A DNA stretch of 46,237 nt from Catajapyx aquilonaris (taxonomy: Eukaryota): assembly GCA_000934665.2 (NCBI GenBank), contig KZ539094.1, positions 1 through 46,237 of the forward strand, given 5' to 3'. The position numbers and the translations under genes are program-made. This document shows, piece after piece, positions 1 through 13,025 of this stretch. The stretch's first letter is position 1. Each line of letters begins with the position of its first letter. The notes beneath the pieces are model-generated. The model did no database searches. It saw nothing but the letters and a program-made list of their open reading frames with translations, and had not been told where the DNA came from.

Positions 1-687
1 GTCACGTGGTATATGGACGACCCCTAGCTGGAAACGGGGAAAAGTGCATGCCGGCCTAATAAGTGACGGGGGAGAGGCAGTAGAGGCGGCCAGGGTCTAA
101 CATGGTTTGCCATGGTCGCAATGGTCTGCCAAGGTTGGAAGGGATATATTCCACTGTGCCCCAAGCAAAATGTGCCATTTGTGATTGCCCCATAGCCATT
201 TTTTTGACCTTTCAAGTCTCCTCCTCTCAAGTGACAAATATTAAATGGACATTTATGTTTTATGCTGTCATTTTATAAGCAGATGTTCTGCCTTGCAACA
301 CATTATTGGGCTTATTGATCTAGCACTTCCATTGGAAGAATAAAGGAAAACAAATGAAAAATGGAAATTTACTCGGACGGTCGAACCTTACGGTCGAAAA
401 CCAATAAAATGGGTGATTTCGCCGACAATCTGTTGCGATTGTATTGAAAATAGTGTGTAATGTGGAACATGTCTATCTGCACCTACCACATAAGCATCAG
501 GTTCGTGAACCTAATAGCTTCTTCACAAATTTGACTCTGCCACCGTACCCCTGTAGCCATCGTGCCCCGGTCTCCCCTACGGAAAGCAAAATACAGTAAA
601 CATGATTTAGCAGACATTCTCTCCATATGAATGAACCCAATTTGCTATCAATGTTATGAGTTTTACTTCATATCAAGCTTCTTACAT

Positions 688-1048
688 CATAATAATAATA
701 ATAATAATAATAATAATCATAATTAATTGTAGGGGTAGTGCTCACCCTTAGGGTATCTGCATGGACCTTTATTTTATTCTTTTAGTACATTTTTCGTACA
801 TCGAAACCTTTAACGAAGCGCCCGGGCCCACAGGCAGGATGACAGGAGGGGATGTGCAAAGGGCAGTGCAATGTCTTATCCGTGGTTGTTTTGTGAACTC
901 CCCCGGGTGGTTAGTCTAAGGAAATACAACCCAAGACGAAGCCAGAGACGGCCGCTCAACCCTGCACGAGATGAAGGGCTGGGATCGAACCTGAGACCTT
1001 AACATCCGTGGGCGCATACATAACCGCAGCGCCACTTCGTCTCCCCTT
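688..1048 (-). mobile_element. tRNA-derived SINE, head type 1
   Basis: Minus strand has A box TGGCGCTGCGG, B box GGTTCGATCC and an (ATT)n tail. 12-bp TSD AGCTTCTTACAT at 676-687 and 1049-1060. Homologous to 32320-32651. Confidence 0.9.
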
Positions 1049-1474
1049 AGCTTCTTACATGAATTTATATTAGTGAAATATTCCTGCCAGTAAAAATCTA
1101 CATCAGTACAAATCAGTGTGCACTCTTTGTTTAATTAGGCTTGTGAAAGGCATATGTAATATGTGATCGTAATGAATAGCTGGCCTTCAAAACTTACTCC
1201 AGTCTACAGGAAATATAATGAAGTGAGCAAAAGTCCTTCTGTGAAATTAGGACCAATCAACTACTTCTGAATGGTTTTGCAGATACACCCATTTGAACTT
1301 GTTTGACTTGGAATTATTTATTCTGCATCTCGTTACTGTCCAACATGGTCCAACATGGCTCCAATATATTTTGAAAATTAGTGTTTGCAGCAGTTTGCAG
1401 TCCTTTTCTTTTTGCATATGCACTCTTTATTCATTCCTGTGCTATCAGCACATGCCATTCCTTTCACTGTATTA

Positions 1475-1787
1475 AGCCGCGTTTACATGTCGGAGATTTG
1501 ATTGGCGATGTCACTGCCGAGCCATGAAATCCTATTGAAAGCAATGATTTGGGCTGAAAGTAGCAATGACGTTTAAGAAGGGAGGGCATCACTCAGGTCT
1601 GTTTGAAATAGATGATAGCAATGACATCGCCGCGCATGCCAACGGTACAGTAAGCATGGATGACCTGCATGGGCTTATAAACACACGGGTGATGTATAAG
1701 TGCTATCCCTTCCATCATGACATCAGAACCGCTTCAACTCACTGGCGATGAAATTGCCGATCAAATCGCCCACATGTAAACGCGGCT
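1475..1787. mobile_element. PIF/Harbinger (Tourist)-like MITE
   Basis: Terminal inverted repeats AGCCGCGTTTACATGT / ACATGTAAACGCGGCT with TTA on both flanks. Confidence 0.8.
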
Positions 1788-2498
1788 TTATCCATGTTTT
1801 CTATTCCAATCTGTTTCCAAGCTCAGGTGAGCTGAGTGGAATTCAACAAGACCATGTGGGTCCTACTCTTTGGTGAAGCTTACCACGTCTCACTCTGTTG
1901 AGGATCATTTAGCACTAAAAGCAGAAGATATTAAATGAAGGCAATTTTGAAAGATATGACCCGTTTGAGATTTGGATGTAATATGAAACATTACACAAAA
2001 TTATTCCTCATAAGGATCGAATCATGACTTGTTTCATTGAGTTCTAGTCACAGTGAAGTCTTGCACCTTCATTGTGGATTATGAATAAAGGATTAATAAT
2101 GTTGACTATGCTTATAATACAGTGTTTGCTGCATAATAGGTAAACTGGAAAACAAACCACTTTCTAAATTATAATATAGCCTACTGCTTGTTCTTGATTT
2201 TTACCTGCTTAAATGCACCTGCAACAGCCATTCTTCAGGGAAGCTGCAACCAATGGTTTTTATTACAAAATTATGTGCCAGCGACAAGTCAGATTGCCTG
2301 ATCATAGAGTCTGCCACTTTCAACAAGGAATTTACAGTTAGAAAATGTGTTGTAAATATTATTTGTCATAAGATACACTAAAATAATGTAGGTCTACTAT
2401 CATGACACTGAGGAGATCGCCTCTCATTGTCCAAGTGAATGCTTGAATTGGAAATATCTGTCCTTTTTTGTTTTGTTTTCCACCACCTGGCCCGACAG

Positions 2499-2624
2499 GT
2501 GAAGTCAGACACGAAGCTGCCTGTGCTGTACCTCATCGACTCGATTGTCAAGAATGTTGGGAAGAGCTACCTGCCTCTGTTCACACAGAACATTGTCTCC
2601 ACGTTTTGCACTGTCTTTGAGAAG
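2499..2624 (+). CDS. Pcf11: Pcf11 coding exon A (CID domain, middle part; upstream exon outside window)
   Basis: Pyrimidine tract then cag|GTG, donor AAG|gtgagt, 126 nt, phase 0-0. Encodes VKSDTKLPVLYLIDSIVKNVGKSYLPLFTQNIVSTFCTVFEK, with the KLPxxYLxDSIxKNVG signature of the Pcf11 CID. Confidence 0.96.
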
Positions 2625-3778
2625 GTGAGTGCCGTATATCATTTCTACCATTGTAGTTAATGTTGGACCTATTTTTAAAATTTTTGCAGTCCTTTGCTAT
2701 GTGTCAGTTTGTGTGCAGGTATTGTTTGCACCATAATCAGATTAATTAGCCTTCAGCCCTTCACCTTGTATACCAGTGGGTTTCAAATCAGTAGTTCAAA
2801 TTGTTTTATGCTCGTTGTAATTCAGCTGCTGAATGCAGTAATTATTAGCTGAAACTAATAGTGGGCTTCGAACACCATGTACGGGGGTTGGACGGAATAG
2901 GCACACCTGTGAAAAGCAGTTGAAACTTTAGTTATATTCGAAAACTGGAAAAGTTACCGAGATGAGATGACTTTTACTGAGTTTTGAAGCGCTGTCAATA
3001 TACATTTGTTGAGGTATGCAGATGGAGCAAAAAAAAAAAAAAAATCGGGGTGGGGGGGAGGGGAGGGGAGAGGAAGAGGGAGAGAGAGAGAGAGAGAGAA
3101 CAAAAGACAAATGACTACTGCCTCCAGCCACTATTTTCGACCAGTGTCCCACCCTTTTCATTTGAAAATGGAAACTGTTGCAAAGATGAACTTCACTGGG
3201 TTTGAAGCTCGATTGATGTCACTTGGTGTTGTATACAGGTGGCCCAAAAAGCATTGGGGGTGGGGGTGGGGGGCAAGAAGAGAAACTGCATCCCCCCACC
3301 ACTAAGTCGGAGACAGCTACAGACAGTTCAAAACTTGTACTCATCCATTCCAAGAAGGATTGGGGCTCTATTGAAGGCAAAAGTTGGTCCAACACCATAT
3401 TAATAAAGAAAGTAACTGTAATGGGGTTTTCATTATTTTATCCAGCGCACTGTACACCCATTTAAAGTGCTGGAGAGGGGGGTATTGTAAAACTCATCAT
3501 TGTAACTTTCAAGTTTTGACAAAACAGTCGAAGTTCCAACAGCTTTTCACAGGTGTCCCTATTATTTGGACTTGTATATGCCTCTGATGCAGAAGTCTGG
3601 GCAGATTTATCTTGACAATCAGTCATAAAGGACAGGCTTGGAACGCCTTTTGGGTGATGCTTCTTGCTGTAGCTTCCTCCTGGACTTCTGCAGCAGTTAG
3701 TTTAGTTACATGTTTTATGCATTGTGGTTTGTCATCAGTGTTATAGAATTATTATTCATTCACTGGTATTATTAACAG

Positions 3779-3949
3779 GTGGACGAGGGGACGAGAGCGC
3801 AGATGTTTAAACTACGTGTTACCTGGAATGACGTTTTCCCTCCTAAGAAACTGTATGCCATAGATGTGCGTGTGAAGTCAATTGATCCTGCTTGGCCCAT
3901 ACTGGCACCACCACCTCTCATACACATCAACCCCAAGTTCCTTACAAGG
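3779..3949 (+). CDS. Pcf11: Pcf11 coding exon B (end of CID domain)
   Basis: aacag|GTG and AGG|gtaagt, 171 nt, phase 0-0. Encodes VDEGTRAQMFKLRVTWNDVFPPKKLYAIDVRVKSIDPAWPI...IHINPKFL, typical of metazoan PCF11. Confidence 0.96.
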
Positions 3950-4560
3950 GTAAGTAGCTTTGACAGTGATAGAATATTTTAATATAAGTATCTTCGCATT
4001 CTTCAGCCACAAGTGGCAACAGGTTGTAGCCCCCCTTTTTTGTGGTGCTTATGAGTGATCTACATGAGTGGATTTTACCTGGTATGATGCAGACAACTTT
4101 CATGACCCACACAAAACACTAAATAATTACATCTGATTATTTATTCAGATCAGACTGGGCTGTGCTAGTATTGGCTCTGAAGACGTGCGCTAATGAGAAA
4201 ATTTTAGAAATTATTTCAAAATTATTGCTCAGGAGGACATTTTTACTCTCCTGCTTGATGTGCTACTCAAATAATTTAATTTGTGTAAAAAATAATGCAA
4301 CATGTTTTTGATCAATTTGTGTAAATTGTTCAGTCATTGCAATACTAATGCCACATAATTATACGCAGTAGCTGCCTGGAGCTCCCCTTTGTCTTGGTAT
4401 GGTATTATCATTGGCGACTGGCTGTTAGCTGCCCCTTACTGGCTTTGCACAGCCTGTCTCAAGTCAATGCATTATGAGCTGTTGTCATATTTTTCATATG
4501 TATGGTATGTAGGTCTCTTCCCATGGCCCTTCCAGTAGGTTTGCCACCTACTATTGGTAA

Positions 4561-5434
4561 CTAGTGCACCCGTAGCCAAAATTTTGCAAAACCTGCAATG
4601 AGGAAGACAATGGGAATGAAAAATTGAATGGGAGGGCTTGCGGAGTGACAACTAAGAAATAGCATGTAGCTCGTTGTAAGACGGGGTGGGGGTGAAAATT
4701 TAGTGGCATTGAATCAATCGACATACTGTATACTTCTTGAATCGGACGTGAGAAAAGTTTTCATAAAACCTCGCGATATACAACATTCTGTGTATACACT
4801 CTGTTGTTGGAGAGCAATGTTCCATGTTGAGCAGTAGGAGTAGTGAACACTTTGACCTGACTTGGGTTGCGAGACCAGGACAGTGCCACATACAGCTGGC
4901 CATGCAAGAAGACAGGTTCATCCAGGTAAAAATTCACATTCTCAAAAGTCTGGCCCTGCGACTTGTTGATCGTCATGGCATAGGCTCGGCGTTTCAGAAT
5001 AAACGGCATATCGATGTCACTGGGAGCTACGGTAATTCGGGGCAAGAAAACGACATGACCGTGATTGCATTCCGACACTATTTCGGCAGCAATGAAATGA
5101 GCGTGGAGCCCAGTGATCAATAAGCGACTGCTGTTGCAGAGTCCTTGTATGGGATCCAAATTTCTGAGCAACATCACCACGACTCCTAGTTTGAGCAACA
5201 ACTAATGCAGGGGGAGCGCAACCCTACTCTCCGCTGCACAGTGAGCCAGTGACCCACCCACCAAGCAACCCCCTGCCGGCCACCTACCCAGCCACCCTTC
5301 TCCCCTGCCTGATGATTTAGCGGAGTGACCAGAAGGTGGCAGCACTCACCAAGGCCCCCTCCCTCCCTCCGCCCCACCCACTGGAGCGTTCCAGACAGAG
5401 GATGAAAAAAATAAGGCGATTTATTATAGGGGGA
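4561..5434 (-). mobile_element. Internally deleted Helitron retaining the PIF1-type helicase C-terminus (ORF 4761-5201)
   Basis: Encodes LKLGVVVMLLRNL..GLCN..RL, AYAMTINKSQGQT, HGQLYVALS and TQNVVYREVL. The minus strand ends GGCTACGGGTGCACTAG|T at 4561. The 5' end TCCCCCTATAATAAA near 5434 is approximate. Confidence 0.85.
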
Positions 5435-5916
5435 ATTACCATGACCTAATTTCGCCCCTCACATGAAAAAAAAATCCATTGCAGATGGCCTGACCTGTAA
5501 GGTTAGGTTGCAAGGTTTGCAGTGGGGATTTATGTGGTCATGACAGGGAGTCTGCCTCAGAGCAAGAGGAAGTTTAGGACTAGAAGGACTAAGGAAAAAG
5601 AAGTTTAGGACTAGGACAGGCCATGATATTTCTGGCCTACGTGAAAGTCGTAATTGAATTGCCCAAGAGAACAACGACCCAGCTTGAAACAGGATGGACA
5701 TGGGTCCTTGTTGTACAGGACCTACAATTAGGTCTGGCTATGCAATGTTTAATAGACAATTTCTGGAGCTACTCATGCACCTTATTGAAATCACTACAGT
5801 ATCACCAGAAAAGTATTAAAAGTTTGGCCAGGAGAAAATGAGCCAATGAATTGTGGATAATGACTCTTTCAATGTCAGTTGCACTCCCAGTTAGTTTCTA
5901 TAAGAGCCTGCTCGAC

Positions 5917-7083
5917 TCACTGTTTGATGGATGACCCGTCGGAGACCTTCGTTGAAGAAGCCTCCATTTGGCTGCTGAGGAACTGTTCCACCGCATTGAT
6001 GACCTCCCCATCATTCTGGAAGTGGCGTCCATGCAGCGGATTCTTCAGCCATGGGAAGAGGAAGAAGTCACTAGGCGCTAGGTCGGCTGAGTTGGGTGGA
6101 TGAGTCCGTATTTCATACCCAAGACTGCCCGAAAGCATCACAGTCTTCTGCGTCAAATGAGCCACGCATTGCCATGCAGCAACCGAACATCTTTGGACAC
6201 TTTGCCGTGCCTCTGGGCCTTGATGGCGTCTCGCAGTTTTTTCAGCAGGTCCCTGCTGTATGCCCTTGTGATTGTGTGGCCCTTCCGGGCATAGTCGGTC
6301 AACAGAACTTCTTCACAGTCCCAAAAGACACTGAGCATGACCTTCCCAGACGATGGCTGTGTCCTGGCTCTCTTGGGAGGTGGGGAGTCAGTGTGTTTCC
6401 ACTGCCGGCTCTGGGACTTGGTCTCAGGGTTATAATGATGCACCCAGCATTTGTCCATGGTGACCAAGCGAGCGAAAAAGTTGTCCTCATCGGCCCAACA
6501 CAGATCCAAATGCGCGGCAGCTGCGTCCCTGCGGCACTGTTTTTGAAAGGGCGTGAGGAGTCAAGGCACCCACTGTGCGGAGACCTTTAACATGTGCAGG
6601 ACCTCATGGAGGATGTTGCATATGGTGCCGTGGCTTATCTTGACTTTGTGCATGATCTGTTTGACTGTGATGTGGCGGTCTTCCATGACCAGGGCCTCGA
6701 TTTGTGACTCGTCACTGACGGAGGGATGCCCACTGCAGGTGTCGTCTTCCAGGCTTGTCTGGCCACAATTGAAATGTCACTGCCACTTGGCGACTATCTC
6801 ATAGGATAGGGCATTGTCCCCATACACATCCACCAATTCTGCATGGATTTCTTTGGCATTCTTCCCCTTCAAAAATAAAAATATAATCACACCACGCAGC
6901 TCGACTTTTCCTGCGGCATGCGCCATCTTGAATTCCTTGCTCTGGCGGTGGGCTAGAAAACAACAGAGTGCGATTCTCTGCGCCTGCGCATATTAGAGAA
7001 ACGTGCTTACGCCCCAGCAGCAAAAATTCGCCGCTGTCCGCAGTCTTTCGTGGTGATTGTAAGAACTTTATGACCGCCCCTCG
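5917..7083 (-). mobile_element. Decayed mariner (DD34D) transposon, 3' end truncated
   Basis: TA|CGAGGGGCGGTCATAAAGTT terminus at 7083. Motifs KVSAQWVP*LLT, VTMDKCWVHHY, GKVMLSVFWD, LLHGNA and HPPNSADLAPSDFFLFPWLK are spread over stops and frameshifts. Confidence 0.92.
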
Positions 7084-7188
7084 TAATGTAAATTAATTAA
7101 AAGCTCAGCAAGTAACATCAGATAGTGATAACAATTTGCCAGTGTGGTCATGGCAATGTTATTTACTAATCAGAATTGTTTGCATCAG

Positions 7189-7449
7189 TCCCAGCAGGAG
7201 GCACCAGCTCCCTCCCCTCCAGCTGTGATCACCATTGCAAATGCCCTCCCTCTGCCACCCCAGCCCTTAGAAGTGTCAACTCTAGATGCTAGCAAGTCTG
7301 AGGTGAGTGAAGCAGAGATGAGGGAGCAGCTCCTGAAGAAGCAGAAGGAATTGCTGGAGCTCCAACAGAAGAAATTGGAGCTTGAATTACTCCAGACCAA
7401 GGTTCGACTGGAGGAGCAGCAGAAGCAGCTGCAGATCAAGGAGCAACAG
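7189..7449 (+). CDS. Pcf11: Pcf11 coding exon C (coiled coil)
   Basis: catcag|TCC and CAG|gtacat, 261 nt, phase 0-0. Encodes MREQLLKKQKELLELQQKKLELELLQTKVRLEEQQ, like the PCF11 helical segment after the CID. In-frame alternative acceptors are possible at 7194 and 7197. Confidence 0.9.
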
Positions 7450-7703
7450 GTACATATATGTTGGGTGTAATGCTGACCTCAGGGAAGTACAGGAGGTCCG
7501 TGGTTTACAAACAGGGTTACATTTCTGAGAATGTAAGTGTGATTTGCAAGTAACTCGGATCCCTGATAAACAGTACATAATTGTACAGTGATGATAACAG
7601 CCTGTAACATAAAGATACTGCACCAACGAACCGCTTACTGTACGTCATGCAAGTTTGTTTACATGCTCGGATGAAAGTTGTTTCCGAATTATTAATCTAA
7701 TCA

Positions 7704-8537
7704 TCTATAATATTAAAATGCTTGCGTTGCTTGACTGAGCCCTCTGATTGGTCTGCCCCCGTATTGTTGCCGCCACCTCCTCCTATTGGCCCCCGTCCAT
7801 TGTTGCTGCGTCGTATCCATGACGCATTGTTACCACGACGCCTCCGATTGGCCCCCGTTCCGAGCATGCGCAATGGGGGTGGAACACGTGCAGTTGCCTA
7901 CTGACCTCCTTGGGAGAAGGTCGCTTTTTTTCGTCTCTCCCGCCGCCTTCATCGTCCCCTGCCGGACCTTTACCCCTTCCCCACCTACCATACCTGTCCC
8001 GCCTTCGCCGCGGGTCACTGGTGGTTATTGGAAAATGGCCGTAGGCACTGGCGGAGACGGGTGGAGAATAATGTAAGTTCGAAATTCGAAATTTACCATT
8101 GCTGATCGGGCTGCTTAGGAACTGCTTAATAGGCCTACCCATGCGCGGTGCTTTCACAGATGGGAAGTACAAGTACACTGTCTTCGAGGCACTTCTTTCA
8201 GTGTATAGTGTCGGAAACTGACTACCGTCGAATGCGTAGAATCGAACGTAAGAAGGCGGGTTGCAAATATCACGCGTTCGAATTATTAGCCTGGAACGTA
8301 CTATATTGTTGGTCTTCCAGTGATGGTGCCAACTGGCAGGTTGTTTATATACAGTCAGTGAAGGTCATTGAGTTGGCCCAACTGGCAACCAACAATAGAA
8401 TCCATGCATTGTTGGGTGAGCATCATTAAGAACATGGCCTACACCGCAGGCCGCAGGCCTAGAAAACAGCGAGCGAAGCGAGTGGTTTTCTAGGCCTGCG
8501 CCCTAGGAAAAGGCGAGCGGAGCGAGGATTTTCCTAG
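7704..8537 (+). mobile_element. Putative non-autonomous Helitron-like element
   Basis: Starts A|TCTATAATATTAAAATG, has a CpG-rich interior, and ends in two stem-loops (8452-8500, 8503-8537) finishing CTAG|T. No TSD. Confidence 0.5.
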
Positions 8538-9231
8538 TACAGTGTTAATGTTGAACTTGATGTCAGTCAATGTATGAAGAGGTGATGAGGATGGAGGTAT
8601 AAAATTATAAATGATCCTTTTGGGGAGCCTTGGGAACCCATTCATAAGTATGGATCGGCGTAAGTCAGGTTGTTTATAAACCATGGACTTGCTGAATTGC
8701 ACACTTTAATTGTTTTTTATAGGGATACTGTTGTTTGGCTTTATTTTTGTGAAATGCCTGGATGTTTATACACATTCACAAGACATAAGCCCCGATTTGA
8801 AAGTTTCAGCCCAACCATGAAAATTGACTGGTGAGATAAACGAAAAAGCATCTTAATCGCGTGTGAAAGGATATAGAATGAAGACTTTCATACCACAGTA
8901 CAACAGCTGAAGGTTTCTATATTCTAAAGCGTGCTGTATTTTAACAATTGAACTGCCCTAACCCTCCCAAACCTGATTTCGAGAAAAACGCATTTGAAAG
9001 TTTGAGATGACCCATAAATCACATTTTCCATGGGACAATTTTCATTTCTACCCCAATATACAAGGCACTAATAAGGAACATTTACGTGCTATTATGATGA
9101 TGATGATGCACCACCCACTCTAAGAATGAACAAAATAAGGTGGCCGCGTGTGAAAAAAAGGGTTAGGGCAGTATTGCACCCAATTTGTGATGCGAACTAA
9201 ATTGGTCAAGAACGCATCACAAGTTAGTTTA

Positions 9232-9963
9232 ATGTTCATATAAATGATATCAAATGAACTGTCGTGAGATGAGGAACATTTTGGTGGCAACTGGTTTAAC
9301 CTAGATTGTAAAATAAAAATGCTAAAAAAATTCGCATTATTGAGCAAAACGGACACATTTCATATTGTCCAATGTCATGGTTAAACACATGCTGAGGGTG
9401 TGGAATTAATATGGTAGGTATACATTGTCATCTGATCATTACTATACTGTCGAAGGACAACATCACAGGTCAAGCAGTCTTGGAAATAGAACTTCTGAAA
9501 TGTCTGTTTTCCACTAATTTGGTCATCTTTGGGGTCATTTTTCTCAGTGTGGGCCGTGGGGCTGGGTCAATTTTTAAGTTATCGCAGAAACGTCTTTTCA
9601 TGCATAACATAGCGGTATAAGAACTGTTCACTTACCATGAATGGTTCACTCGCAACATCAAATAACGTGGAGTAGCCTATAGAGGGCTTTTTCTGACATT
9701 TCAGATTTATTATCTCCAAGTCTGCTTGACCTTGATGTTGTCCTGCAGTAGTAATGGCTAATGATGATCAGATGACAATGTACCTACCATATTAATTCCA
9801 CACGCTTAGCATGTGTTTAACAATGACATTGGACCATATGAAATGTGTCCGTTTTGCACAATAATGAAATTTTTTTATCATTTTTATTTTACAAACTAGG
9901 CTAACCCGTTGCCACCAAAATGTTCCTCATCTTACGCCAGTTCATTTGATATAATATGAACAT
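9232..9963. repeat. Long fold-back element (arms of about 250 bp)
   Basis: 9232-9484 is the diverged reverse complement of 9715-9963, e.g. AAAACGGACACATTTCATAT / ATATGAAATGTGTCCGTTTT. Confidence 0.85.
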
Positions 9964-10161
9964 GAGGGAGGGTACAACTTCACCTGAATAATGGTCCTTC
10001 CGGCTCCATTGTTGCTGAAAGACGTTGCCATATCTCCGTGGGATTTTCACCTGGGAGGCTCTTAACTTTATTTTTGGCAACACTTCAATGATTTTTATAT
10101 CAAATTATGAGATGGTCAAGCCACCAAGTTGTCTGTCTTGACATGGAATGACCCACCTACG

Positions 10162-10186
10162 ATTATTATTATTATTCTTATTATTC

Positions 10187-10252
<66 letters not shown>

Positions 10253-10270
10253 TTCTTCTTCTTCTTATTC
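10162..10270. repeat. (ATT)n/(CTT)n microsatellite
   Basis: Direct reading. Confidence 0.95.
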
Positions 10271-10774
10271 TGCAATGGACTACTTCTTTGCACATCATCA
10301 TTATCAGGATCGAACTCTATATCTTAGGTACTCTCATCCACATCGGTGTCATCAGGCAAAAGCTCACTATTTAAGCCCGACTCGTGAGACACAGCTGCTC
10401 GCAGCTGCAACTTACGCGCTGCCGTATTTGAAGATGGAGGGTTAGGGTGGTTTTGCTGCAGAAAAGGCATTCATAACCTCGCAGCAAGGAAAACATTGTT
10501 TGATTTCTCACCGACAGATGGCAGAAACTGGACAATCTCAGTGTACATTATTAGATATTTGAGTGTAGTGTATGGAAGTGCGCGAAACTCAATTTGTGTC
10601 ATTTGGTGGGTTAGGGCAGTATTGCACCGACCCCTTCAATTATCAAAAGATATCACAGCAAATTACAAGAGAATGAACATTTGTAACTGCCGTCAGAAGT
10701 TTGGTGCCGACTGGGCTACTCATATCAAAAGTTTCTACCCTGTTCTCTATTATCCATTAACATAATTTGGTACA

Positions 10775-10933
10775 TTGCACCTGCATCAGTGTCCCCCCCT
10801 CATTATCCCTATCCTGTCCCCTTGCACCGGAGGAAAGAAAGAAAATTACAAGAAAATTGGTGGTGGTGTATCACTCCCCAACAGGCCCATGTAGGCCTAT
10901 CACGGGGTAAAATAAATATAATAAAATAATAAA
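10775..10933 (+). mobile_element. 5'-truncated SINE (shared body and tail)
   Basis: Tail GGCCTATCACGGGGTA plus A-rich run. 13-bp TSD ATAATTTGGTACA at 10762-10774 and 10934-10946. Similar to the 3' half of 13026-13365. Confidence 0.8.
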
Positions 10934-11173
10934 ATAATTTGGTACAATGTCAGATGCATGTGGAAATTTCATATTCGAATACAAAACGACTGTGGAGTTA
11001 GACACTGATTAATTTATCATAAAATGGGAAGTGGCAAGAAGGCTGGCCATGCTCTTTGTGAAACCATCATCAATACACATGAAAGAGGTGAATGTAGACA
11101 TTGCTAGAAATGTCGACCTGGTAAGGTCCAATGTTTCGGACGTTATACCCTGGTACCAGCAGAGTGGCTCAGT

Positions 11174-12262
11174 CAGTGCCGGATCTACAAAATTTCGGAG
11201 GGGGGGCAGAAACCTTTCCTGCCGCCCCCCACCCCCACCCCCGCGGTTTGAAAGTTTGGTTTTATTTTTCTGACATGGATCTTCTGTACTTGAGGCAGCT
11301 CGGCGCATGCAAAATGTTCTTTTGGGGGGAGCTGGCAGGTGAGGAAGCCCGGCGCAGGCGAAAATTTTTGTGTGTTCAAGGTCACACCAGCTGAGGATGC
11401 TAAATTTCTTTCTGCCAGAAAGAAACATCATCTTCAGCGTTGTTTTGCATTTCTGCGAAATAGTCCCTAAGATGCACTACAGTTTTGACTACCAGTCCAA
11501 ATAATATACTGTTTGCAGATATTTTCGTAATGAACGCACGTACAAGTTCACAAACAATTCCAGTGTTGTCAACGTACATTAGCGGGTTTTCGATCATTAC
11601 AGAGCCATAGTGCTTCCCAATCTTTTTCGGATAGATGCGTAAAATTCGCAACCACCACTTCCAATTCAACCCTACCCCTTTGGTGGTAGTTAATTACAAT
11701 AATCGCTAAATTAGCACATCTCGTTTATGGGCAAATTTTCTAGAGAGATAGAATCAATCTGCACAAATAACTACGTAGTTAACCTTCCTCGCGACCCCAA
11801 ATTTGGGGTCGCGACCGCAAAACAGAAAAGAACACAACAGCGGCGGATATCCCATTAGGCACAGTAGGCACTGGCCTAGGGGCGGCAGCGAGTTGCAATA
11901 AATATATTTCTCAAATACAATAATAGGAAATTAAGGCGAGATCACTAAGAAAATCGAATTTTTGAGAGATTGATTTACCACTACAAGCAGAAAAGGTCAT
12001 TGCCGAAGGGCGGCCGCCCTCTGGTTGTCGGCCATAACATTCAATATAATATTTGAAAATAAAATAAATGAAGGAGAGAACACAATAAAAAAATTCGCGT
12101 TTTTAAGCGTCAGGCCAGGGGGGAGGGTCGGCCATATCTCACGTGCCTTAGGGCGGCCGGGGGGGGGGGGGGGTGTNNNNNNNNNNNNNNNNNNNNNNNN
12201 NNNNNNNNNNNNNNNNNNNNNNNNNNNCCCCCCCCCCCCCCCCCCCCCTAGATCCGGCCCTG
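11174..12262. mobile_element. Non-autonomous hAT-like element (contains an assembly gap)
   Basis: TIRs CAGTGCCGGATCTA / TAGATCCGGCCCTG and a perfect 8-bp TSD GGCTCAGT at 11166-11173 and 12263-12270. Confidence 0.85.
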
Positions 12263-13025
12263 GGCTCAGTGTCCCTGAAACTACAATCTGGCTGTCTCTG
12301 CAAAGACCCTGAAGATGATCATTCAAGCCAACAGACATATGACTACAACATAAATTAACCTGGAATTGTTGCAGCAGCTTTGGCTTGCCTTTGTCAAATC
12401 GATACTCTGGCCTATGACATAGGAAAGGTGCATTTGGTTGACCTATATGGTTAGTGTTTCACACTTCTACCTGTATGCTTTGCAACTGCAAGCAACAATG
12501 AAGTGACAAAGAAGCACTTGATGGAAATAGCATTTATTGTCACTTTCCTTCTGCCAGTAGAATTAACAGGTCATTTCTAGCTTCTACAGACATCCTGCAC
12601 ACAAAAATAGCCACATTATCAGTTCTTGCAGGTGGACAACCAATTTCTAGATGGCCAATTACTGGAGATGCATGTCTGGGTCAAACAACCCAGACATGCT
12701 TTTCCAGTAACTTTATACAGGGTGAAGGGAAACTCGCGGACAATTGCCAGGTAGCCTGATAGTACTCGTAAAACTAATATAGGGATGTGCAATTAGTTAT
12801 TGGCTCTGTTGCGTAGTTAATGCGTACGGCGCCCTTGAAGTGTAGAGGGCTGGATGGTGGATTATGAGGCAAAAACGACGATCGTCCCCGGATTCTTACT
12901 CTGACGTGAATTGATCACCTATTATTGCACATGGACGATGAGTTCGGGGACCAAGGCCGGATTATTATTATTATTATCATTATTATCATTATTATTATTG
13001 TTGTTATTATTATTATATTATATTA

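Noticed and set aside
10105..10374. Poly-Asn and poly-Ile ORFs
   Set aside because: These are translations of an (ATT)n microsatellite.
12659..12710. Small hairpin as an ncRNA or terminator (similar one at about 19216-19310)
   Set aside because: No family motif is present. It is most likely a collapsed MITE remnant.
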